Notes under the pieces: model-generated | Told to the model about the DNA's origin: nothing | Seen by the model: the letters and a program-made list of their open reading frames with translations, nothing else | Database searches by the model: none | Part shown: in pieces, positions 8,793 to 16,612 of the stretch | How the letters are laid out: each line of letters begins with the position of its first letter | Position numbering within the stretch: position 1 is the first letter of the stretch | Source of the DNA: Fidelibacterota bacterium | GTDB lineage: Bacteria; Fidelibacterota; UBA8477 | Assembly (NCBI GenBank): GCA_021734065.1 | Contig: JAIPJQ010000002.1 | Coordinates: 2,136-66,135, forward strand | Length of the DNA: 64,000 nucleotides | Direction: 5' to 3' | Position numbers and translations under genes: made by a program

Positions 8793-9815
8793 TTATTCCC
8801 CCATGAATGATTTTTCGATTCCAAGAATGATCCGCAAACTGGTGCCGATCATTCCCAACGCAATCCCAATCATGATCGCCCTTGCACCGGCGATATTGGG
8901 CACAGTATAAATCCACTCCTGCAGTACCGGCAGAAAGAGAAATCCCGGCTTGTCCACCGGCCAACCCGTCAGCGCGCCGGCAACAGTGACAATCAGAACA
9001 CCCGCGCCGACTACCGCGAAGGTGGTCATCTTGTTTTGCCACACGATGTTGGCACCAACACCAGCCGCCAGCACGATGAGATAGGCAATGAACCAGGCTG
9101 AGATATTGGAGCCGATAGGTACGCGTCCCAGCATGATAATGATTCCGGACAATAGCAGAAGTGTTGCTTCAAAATTCCGGATACGAAATGCGCGGTATGA
9201 TGCTGAAGCCACAAAAAATGCCAGCAACGCAAACATGGTGGCCGACATGGGTGTAAACAGGTATTTGAATAACCAATTAAATACGGTTCCCTCCGCTAGT
9301 AAGTGCTCACCCCAGGATTTTTCGCGCAGTTCAACCTGAACACCGGCTGCTTTCAACTTGCTGGCATACTCCTCCGCTCCCTTGGCGCTGATGAAAATGT
9401 GGCGCACATCGTAGGTATCACTGATTTCCAGCATGGGTGTGACTTGATCAATGGTCAACTGCTCCATCTCCGCCACCACCGGCGCGACCTGTTGGATATT
9501 GGCGCTTACATCCTGAATATGGACATAATTGGCGCCCTTCCAGAAAAAGCCGGCAGTGATTGCGAAGAAAAATCCCACCACCGCCAGAATGCTGTACTGC
9601 CAATCCTTCTTCTGCCTGATGATTTTGGTCATTTGCAGTTTTAATAAATTCAGTGCACCCAAAATAATGGCAAAGCTGGCGATAATGTCAAACCACTGGG
9701 TGGCGTCATCATTCACAAACCCCTCAAAGGTCGGTGAATCCACAAACCAGCCATACAGGGTGAGTATGCCTGTGATAAAAACAATCGCGATGGGAACTTG
9801 TCGTTTCCAGAACAT
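8793..9815 (-). CDS. Uncharacterised multi-pass membrane protein with a central soluble domain
   Basis: Start moved to the ATG at 9815 (MFWKRQV...), which is preceded by GGAGTAGGAGG 7 nt upstream. Its stop overlaps the start region of the next gene. Confidence 0.5.
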   Translation of the reverse strand: MFWKRQVPIAIVFITGILTLYGWFVDSPTFEGFVNDDATQWFDIIASFAIILGALNLLKLQMTKIIRQKKDWQYSILAVVGFFFAITAGFFWKGANYVHIQDVSANIQQVAPVVAEMEQLTIDQVTPMLEISDTYDVRHIFISAKGAEEYASKLKAAGVQVELREKSWGEHLLAEGTVFNWLFKYLFTPMSATMFALLAFFVASASYRAFRIRNFEATLLLLSGIIIMLGRVPIGSNISAWFIAYLIVLAAGVGANIVWQNKMTTFAVVGAGVLIVTVAGALTGWPVDKPGFLFLPVLQEWIYTVPNIAGARAIMIGIALGMIGTSLRIILGIEKSFMGE

Positions 9816-9823
9816 AACGCCTC

Positions 9824-10702
9824 CTACTCCACCCTTAGCCATTCTTTAAAATCAATGTCAATCCAGCCCAGATCGTGGACACCATTCAGAATAAAAACTA
9901 GCAAAATGGCAATCATGACGATGAATTTGCCCATGTCCTGCCCCTTCACGCTCCCCAACAAAGCCGGCTTTTGCGACAGGTAGGCAGATGCTGTTAAAAA
10001 TTCCTCACCGATCAGCGTGTAATCACAGGCCGTCACGAAAAATGGTATCTGGGAAGGTGATGCAGTCCCCGCAATCTGGATCGCACCAATGCTGTTTCCG
10101 GTCTCCGCCAGGATCAGTGACTCCGCATAAAATTTCCCCTGATAAAAACAGGCCGCCGGCTTCTCTCGCAACATGATGCCGTCCACACCGGCGGCATAGG
10201 CGAACTGCTCATCTGTGAGGTAATGAACCATATCGTCATTAAACAGGTCGGGCCGGCCCACCGACAGGTAGGATTCCTTCACAATTTCACGACCCGCTTC
10301 CATCACGATGGATCTGGACACCGGAACATTGAGATTGGTCTCATAGGTAGCGGTCATTTTGGCCACATGTCCCAGAATAATGACACCGGCGACGGTTTCC
10401 ACCTGATCCATATCCATAATACCCGGGACATACAGTACCGGCTTGCCCATTTCGGTCGCCCGACCGACGGCTTCATCAAAAGCTTTCAATCCCGGAATGA
10501 TTCTCAGATAGATTTTTTCACCACTATTGGCCCGGGCGATGTAATACAGAATGGTAATGGATAACGCCATGACGCACACGAACATGGTCAGCCGGTTACC
10601 ATTAAAATAGGGATGCCCAAACGCGTAATAGATAATGAACAGTACCGCGAAGATTCCGGCACCCATTAAGATTGCTTTTCCTGATTTCATACACCCTCCC
10701 AT
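9824..10702 (-). CDS. Uncharacterised membrane protein (2 N-terminal TM helices, ~200-aa soluble domain, 1 C-terminal TM helix)
   Basis: 292 aa, no recognisable family. Co-directional with, and adjacent to, the other membrane genes. Confidence 0.5.
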   Translation of the reverse strand: MGGCMKSGKAILMGAGIFAVLFIIYYAFGHPYFNGNRLTMFVCVMALSITILYYIARANSGEKIYLRIIPGLKAFDEAVGRATEMGKPVLYVPGIMDMDQVETVAGVIILGHVAKMTATYETNLNVPVSRSIVMEAGREIVKESYLSVGRPDLFNDDMVHYLTDEQFAYAAGVDGIMLREKPAACFYQGKFYAESLILAETGNSIGAIQIAGTASPSQIPFFVTACDYTLIGEEFLTASAYLSQKPALLGSVKGQDMGKFIVMIAILLVFILNGVHDLGWIDIDFKEWLRVE

Positions 10703-10765
10703 TGGTCAGATCAGTTGATCCGGCAACAACAACCTCAATACCTGAAGCTGCTGCGGGTTAAATCA

Positions 10766-11122
10766 TTACCGAACTTGCGTTCCGGTGCTGGATGATTGAC
10801 GCTCCGGAGTTTTCGGAGTGCCCGTATCCTGGATCTTTTTTTTTTCTTCTTCAAGGCGCTCAATCTCTGCTACCAGCACTTCCACATTGTGGTAGTCTTC
10901 CAGCAGCTCGGTGAGCTCGTAGTAGGTTTCCGCCCGCACAAAGGCGGTGAGAATGGGGCCGAAAAAAACCATGGTCTGGCTGCCGATAAACGCAAGCGGT
11001 TTCATCATTTCCAATGCCAAAACGGCTGGTACGGTCATCCCCCGCATCACGATTTTCTCGGCGATCCGGGTTAAGATAGCCGGATCCGGCGCTTTTAATG
11101 GTTTTTCGTTAAATCCCAGCAT
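10766..11122 (-). CDS. Small hypothetical membrane-associated protein
   Basis: 118 aa with a hydrophobic core and a Lys/Glu-rich tail. It contains an A10 run (plus-strand T10 at 10836..10845). Confidence 0.4.
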   Translation of the reverse strand: MLGFNEKPLKAPDPAILTRIAEKIVMRGMTVPAVLALEMMKPLAFIGSQTMVFFGPILTAFVRAETYYELTELLEDYHNVEVLVAEIERLEEEKKKIQDTGTPKTPERQSSSTGTQVR

Positions 11123-11133
11123 GTTGAAATTTT

Positions 11134-12261
11134 TCAGTCGGTTTCCACCATCTCCAAGTTAGCCCGTGGAACCGTTTTTACATCCCCATTTTCAAATTCA
11201 ATAACCGCCACACGCACCATGGTCTCCGATTCCATTTTCTGCAATTCCGGAGGCAACTCCTTCACATGCCCCAATTTTCCAAAATAGGGCGCCCGAATAA
11301 CGCGCACCAGCGAATCTTCCCCCATTCCGGCGGACATGTCATGCTGCTTTTCCGATTCGGCGGTTTCAGCCGGGAGTGTAATGACAATTTCCGGCCGAAT
11401 CACACCCGCCCGAATTTGCGTAGCGCCATTGAGTGAGGCAAAATGCCCATCATGAGATTTTAGCAGCTCAAAGGTGCGTCGCGCCATATTCACTTTCCCA
11501 AAACCCTCGGTGACCACCATTGTCGTGGCAAGATCTTCCGACCCGGTGATTGCCACACCCAATGTGTAGCCCAGGATTTCCTTCAGCTGATTATAGTCAA
11601 ATCCACCTGTAACGATGCCCGCTATACCAAGACTGACGGCCTTTCGGTAAGCCTCCAGGGAAACATAATTTCCACCCACAAGGATCTTTCCTTTGTACTC
11701 CGGCTTAATGTCATCCGGCTTCAACTCCTCTTTCCGGTCTGAAACCAGCAACTTCAGTTCACCGCGCGTCTCACCACCAATCCCAAAAATCCCCTGGATC
11801 AGGGCTGCTTTGGATTCAATAATAACACCCTCTTCCGGAAGCACTTCACGGACGACACCTGAAATGTACGCGTCCACCTCGACCGGGATGGGAGCCTCAC
11901 GAATTACCACCTGTCCGGTAGTACTGGAAATTTGCTCAATTGTACCATCGGTGGGCGAATCTACTTTGGACTTGAACAAGCCGAATATGCCGGCACTCTC
12001 AGCCAGCATCTCGCCCTGTTTGATCGTATCCCCGGCGGATTTTTTCATCATTTCAGGCACTTCGGACGCTTCAACGTTGAGCAAATTGGCAACATTGACC
12101 ATCTGCACATTTCCAGGCAGATTGGTGGAACACACAATGCTTTCCGGTTTGACCTCCACACCTTTCTCCACCGTAACCTTCCCCTTCAGGGGCAGGATTC
12201 GCGGCTTTCTTATCGTGGTGGCGTGTAAAACTTTTAATCCGGGCGTATACGCGTGTGCCAT
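11134..12261 (-). CDS. Hypothetical protein, partner of the GlmL-like ATPase
   Basis: 375 aa. Its ATG overlaps the upstream stop by 1 nt (TAATG). No family recognised. Confidence 0.5.
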   Translation of the reverse strand: MAHAYTPGLKVLHATTIRKPRILPLKGKVTVEKGVEVKPESIVCSTNLPGNVQMVNVANLLNVEASEVPEMMKKSAGDTIKQGEMLAESAGIFGLFKSKVDSPTDGTIEQISSTTGQVVIREAPIPVEVDAYISGVVREVLPEEGVIIESKAALIQGIFGIGGETRGELKLLVSDRKEELKPDDIKPEYKGKILVGGNYVSLEAYRKAVSLGIAGIVTGGFDYNQLKEILGYTLGVAITGSEDLATTMVVTEGFGKVNMARRTFELLKSHDGHFASLNGATQIRAGVIRPEIVITLPAETAESEKQHDMSAGMGEDSLVRVIRAPYFGKLGHVKELPPELQKMESETMVRVAVIEFENGDVKTVPRANLEMVETD

Positions 12262-14105
12262 TATTCGCCCTCACTTTCCGGATATTCGTTCATGGCTGTG
12301 GACCACTGATTCAATTTCTTGATACGCTCATCATGATTTTCAGGTAGTGAAAAAGGTTGACGACCGCGGGTGTCGAAGATCAGCCCCACCACACCGCCGT
12401 ACAAGTCCATTTCAATAGGTGTTCCTTTCCCTTTACCAAGATCAAGGTGTTTGTCCGGGATTAATTCCGCTTTGGTGATCTCATGGGGCGCTTCAATGAC
12501 TTCCAGAGTGCCGGGTAAATACTCTTTCTCCACCGTTGCACCATCCGGCAGAGTGAGTTTGGCCACCAGCGCCGGTTTTCCGGCCTTCATCTTCCCCACC
12601 GGTGCGATGCAGGTTCCCAATCGAATCAAACAATCTTTCTCGAACACTTCCAGCGCTGCCTTTTCGGCACTCTCACGAATGTCTGGTTTGTCCACATTGG
12701 CCAGTACGCCAAGCTGAGGCATCATGAAAATGGAATCCACCGCCAGTTGGGTAATTCCCTCCGGCAAGAACGCGTCAATCATCATTTTGGCGGATTGAGA
12801 CCGTCTGGGTGCGTGGGACAAGACACCGCCGGAACCCACCAACAAGTCCAGCTCCATCATATCCACCAATGTTTCACCCGAGCCGGACTGTTCGAACGCA
12901 TCTGAGATGGTGCGCTCCGTCTGGATACCTTTCAGGCTCACAGCAAAGGATTTATGCTGAATGAAGCTGAGTCGTAATGCCTCCCGGGCCAGCGCCTGCT
13001 CAATTTTCAATTCCTCCAGCGACTGCGGGATGGTGGTGGGCCGAATCATCTTATTGGCGATTCGATTGGCCAATTCCTTCTCGTCAATATCAAAGGACAC
13101 CCAGCGAATCACATTCTCAATTGTTGCTTCAGCCAGAACATTGGTGATGGAATAACTCATCCCCAGATTGGCTGAAACGGTGCGGTTAAATGTCTTTTTA
13201 AATACGGAAAAAACATCCGTGGTAGCGCCGCCGATATCCACGCCCACAACAGAGATATTATCCCGTTTGGCGATCATCTCAATTAACGCACCCACCGCTC
13301 CGGGCGTGGGCATGATTGGAGCATCGGTCCAGGTCATGAGTTTTTTATACCCCGGTGCCTGGGCCATCACATGCTCCATAAACAGGTCGTGGATTTTATC
13401 ACGGGAAGGGGTGAGATTTTCACGCTCCAGAACCGGACGAATATTTTCCACCACCGTGAGATCGGTGATGTCTCCCAGTGTTTCACGGATATTGTCCTGG
13501 GCTTTGTTGTTCCCGGCATAGATCACCGGCAGTTTATAACTGCTTCCCAGACGCGGTTTGGGTTTGGCTGCTTTCAGAATTTCAGCCAATTCCACCACGT
13601 GGCTGATGGTACCACCGTCGATACCACCTGACAGTAAAATCATATCCGGACGCAATTGACGGATGCGCTCAATCTTCTGGTGCGGAAGGCGGCCATCATT
13701 GGACGCCAGCACATCCATCACAATGGACCCGGCCCCCAAAGCAGCCCGCTGAGCACTCTCTCCGGTCATGGATTTCACCACACCGGCGACCATCATTTGC
13801 AATCCACCACCGGCAGACGACGTTGAGACATAGACGTCCACACCTTTGGGTTTACCTGCGCTGTCCTTCTCCGGTCTCAGAATGGTATCACCGTCCAGAA
13901 TCAAGCGCCCGGAAAGCTCTTCCACCTCACGTACGGCATTCAGTACACCCCGGGTTACATCTTCAAAAGGAGCCTCCACGGTAGTCGGAGCCTCACCGCG
14001 AGCAGTGAGACGGTATCCTTCGTCGGTCATTTCGATTAGGATGGCTTTGGTTGTGGTGGAGCCACAATCCGTTGCCAGTATTGATTTTAGTGTTATCTCA
14101 GACAT
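12261..14105 (-). CDS. ASKHA-superfamily ATPase resembling glutamate mutase subunit L (GlmL/MutL family)
   Basis: 614 aa. Phosphate-1 ATDCGSTTTKAIL, adenosine/connect motif LLSGGIDGGT and phosphate-2 GVDIGGATTDVF match the GlmL-like architecture. Confidence 0.55.
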   Translation of the reverse strand: MSEITLKSILATDCGSTTTKAILIEMTDEGYRLTARGEAPTTVEAPFEDVTRGVLNAVREVEELSGRLILDGDTILRPEKDSAGKPKGVDVYVSTSSAGGGLQMMVAGVVKSMTGESAQRAALGAGSIVMDVLASNDGRLPHQKIERIRQLRPDMILLSGGIDGGTISHVVELAEILKAAKPKPRLGSSYKLPVIYAGNNKAQDNIRETLGDITDLTVVENIRPVLERENLTPSRDKIHDLFMEHVMAQAPGYKKLMTWTDAPIMPTPGAVGALIEMIAKRDNISVVGVDIGGATTDVFSVFKKTFNRTVSANLGMSYSITNVLAEATIENVIRWVSFDIDEKELANRIANKMIRPTTIPQSLEELKIEQALAREALRLSFIQHKSFAVSLKGIQTERTISDAFEQSGSGETLVDMMELDLLVGSGGVLSHAPRRSQSAKMMIDAFLPEGITQLAVDSIFMMPQLGVLANVDKPDIRESAEKAALEVFEKDCLIRLGTCIAPVGKMKAGKPALVAKLTLPDGATVEKEYLPGTLEVIEAPHEITKAELIPDKHLDLGKGKGTPIEMDLYGGVVGLIFDTRGRQPFSLPENHDERIKKLNQWSTAMNEYPESEGE

Positions 14106-14132
14106 AAAACATGAACCACCATTTCAAACACT

Positions 14133-15167
14133 TTATTGCTTCAACCGCGGGTCTAGTGCATCACGCAATCCTTCACCCACCAGATTATAGACCGTTACCG
14201 TAATAAAAATCGCCAAACCCGGAAATGTGGTGAGCCACCATCCGCTGGGCAACATGTCCCGGGCACTGGATAACAACGACCCCCAGGTAGCCTGCTCCGG
14301 TGGCGCTCCAAATCCCAAAAAGCTCAGTCCCGACTCGATTAATATCGCCGCTGCCACACCAAATGTTGCCGTTACCAGCACCGGTGTGAGAGTGTTGGGA
14401 AGGACATGCCGAAAAATCGTCCGGAAATCGCTAAATCCCAAAGCCTTTGCAGCGGTGACATAGTCCTCGTTCTTCACCTTGAGGAATTCACCACGGGTAA
14501 ACCGGGCCACGCCGGTCCAGCCGGTCAGTCCTAAAATAATCATAATATTCACGATGGATTGCGTCTGCACCACCGCCACGATGGTAATGATGAGAAACAT
14601 GCGCGGGAAGGTGATCATCACCTCAATTAAGCGTTGGATGATGACATCCACCCAGCCGCCATAAAAACCGGCCAGCGCCCCCAGTATCATGCCAATTATG
14701 ACATAGATTGTTACGGCCACAAATCCCACCAATAGCGAAACCCGTGAGCCGTGAATCAGCTGTGATAACACATCCCGACCCAGTTCATCTGTGCCACACA
14801 GGTGAGTGGAATTGGGTGGTGACAATTTTCGCTTCAAATCATAGTCGTTGGGTCCGAAGGGAATTACCGGCCAGACTGCCCAGTCCCCTTCTTCAAATTT
14901 ATTCGTCAACAACTTCCACTGCTGTGTTTTGAAATCATCCTGCCACTGCATCCCAAGCCATTCCACACCATACTCACGCAGGACCGGCGCGTAATAGTCA
15001 CCTTTATACTTCATAATCAAAGGTTTGTCGTTGGCCAGGAAGTCAGCGAAGATGAATATAAACAGGAGCACATAGATCACATGCAGACTGTATAGCGCCA
15101 GTTTGTTGCGGCTGAATTGACGCTTGACGATATCCAGGTAGGAACGGGATTTCTTCTGCTGTTTCAT
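14133..15167 (-). CDS. oppC: Peptide ABC transporter permease (OppC/DppC type)
   Basis: 344 aa. Has an N-terminal extension before TM1 and the conserved permease segment ESGLSFLGFGAPPEQATWGSLL. Confidence 0.8.
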   Translation of the reverse strand: MKQQKKSRSYLDIVKRQFSRNKLALYSLHVIYVLLFIFIFADFLANDKPLIMKYKGDYYAPVLREYGVEWLGMQWQDDFKTQQWKLLTNKFEEGDWAVWPVIPFGPNDYDLKRKLSPPNSTHLCGTDELGRDVLSQLIHGSRVSLLVGFVAVTIYVIIGMILGALAGFYGGWVDVIIQRLIEVMITFPRMFLIITIVAVVQTQSIVNIMIILGLTGWTGVARFTRGEFLKVKNEDYVTAAKALGFSDFRTIFRHVLPNTLTPVLVTATFGVAAAILIESGLSFLGFGAPPEQATWGSLLSSARDMLPSGWWLTTFPGLAIFITVTVYNLVGEGLRDALDPRLKQ

Positions 15168-16552
15168 TACCGGTTCCCCTCGAATGTGATGCGGGGATCC
15201 ACCAACGCATACAGGATATCAGATATTAAAATCCCTGCCAGGGTCAGAATTGCACTGAGAGTGGATACAGCCATAATGATGGGATAATCGCGATACAGGA
15301 CGGCATTGAATGCCAGCTGACCGATACCGGGAATGGAGAAAATGCTTTCAATAATGATGGACCCGGAAATAGCCAATGGCAACAGATTGGCCAGCATGGT
15401 GATGATGGGAATCAATGAATTACGCAGCGCGTGTTTATACACCACAATCTTTTCCGATAAGCCTTTCGCCCGGGCGGTACGAATATAGTCCTGACGGATC
15501 ACCTCCAGCATGGAACCCCGCATATACCGGGATAATGCTGAAAAACTACCGTATGTCCAAATGATCAGGGGCAGGATAATGTGGTGCAACATATCCAGCA
15601 GATATCCTCCGCGCCCCATGTGCTCTGAACCAACACTGTGGAGCCCGGAGACAGGAAACCAATCCAGAAAGTCGCCACCGCCAAAGAAGACGATGGCCAT
15701 GGTGGCTACCCAAAAGTTGGGGAGGGAGTATAAAATAAACAGAATCACAGTGGTGACCTTATCCCCCAGTGTGTACTGGTGTGTGGCGGAGTAAATTCCC
15801 AGCGGAATGGCTACCAGATAAGCAATAATGAACGAGGTGAGTGTGAAAATCAGCGAGACCGGCACAGTCTCTTTGAAATGCTCCCAGACCGGCCGGTTAT
15901 CCTTGATGGAATTTCCGAAATCAAGCCGGATCATGCGCCCCAGCCACCGTGGGTATTGGGCGTCCGTGAGTATCATGGTGATTTTTTTCAGCGTGGAAAA
16001 TTGGTAGTTGGATTCATCGCCCGGCTGGAATACACCACTGGAATCCGTCTCACCATAATACCACTTGTTCACATAACTTCTGGAGGCTGCCAGTGTCATT
16101 TCCGGTGTGATGGAAAGTTTCTGCTTCAGGGTCAACACTTCCAGAATCGCACGCTGTTCCACCTCCGTCAGATCCTGGTTGATGAGTTGGTCAACCAAAA
16201 ACGGTACCGCCACATCATCAGCCTGTTTCAGCGGCTCCAGCGCATCGTCCCATTCTCTGGAATTCTGGTCCGGATTGGTGACGAGAAACTGGCGCACATC
16301 ATCCCAATCCGATTCATACATGAATACCTTGAAATTCAAGAGAACCGGTTTGTCCAGTCCATAGATTTCGCGAGTCTGTTCCACCACCTGCTTGGCCAGA
16401 TTCTGGTCGGATGCCAACCCGGTCTGCTGGCTGCCCATCTTGAATGCCGTAGGATCGCCGGGCGCCATTTTAATGATGATAAAAATGATAATAGAGATGC
16501 CAAAAATGGTGGGGAAAATGAGCAGAATGCGTTTGAGGATGTAATTAATCAA
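15167..16552 (-). CDS. oppB: Peptide ABC transporter permease (OppB/DppB type) with a large periplasmic insertion
   Basis: 461 aa. N-terminus MINYILKRILLIFPTIFGISIIIFIIIKMAPGDPT. Carries a ~190-aa insertion after TM1. Confidence 0.8.
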   Translation of the reverse strand: MINYILKRILLIFPTIFGISIIIFIIIKMAPGDPTAFKMGSQQTGLASDQNLAKQVVEQTREIYGLDKPVLLNFKVFMYESDWDDVRQFLVTNPDQNSREWDDALEPLKQADDVAVPFLVDQLINQDLTEVEQRAILEVLTLKQKLSITPEMTLAASRSYVNKWYYGETDSSGVFQPGDESNYQFSTLKKITMILTDAQYPRWLGRMIRLDFGNSIKDNRPVWEHFKETVPVSLIFTLTSFIIAYLVAIPLGIYSATHQYTLGDKVTTVILFILYSLPNFWVATMAIVFFGGGDFLDWFPVSGLHSVGSEHMGRGGYLLDMLHHIILPLIIWTYGSFSALSRYMRGSMLEVIRQDYIRTARAKGLSEKIVVYKHALRNSLIPIITMLANLLPLAISGSIIIESIFSIPGIGQLAFNAVLYRDYPIIMAVSTLSAILTLAGILISDILYALVDPRITFEGNR

Positions 16553-16612
16553 GAGGGCATCCTCTCAAGCTGAAAAATTTTGATGTCATTGGCCGTTCGC
16601 GAAAAATCTTCA

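Noticed and set aside
10836-10845. T10 run as an intrinsic terminator
   Set aside because: It lies within a coding region on the opposite strand and has no preceding GC hairpin.
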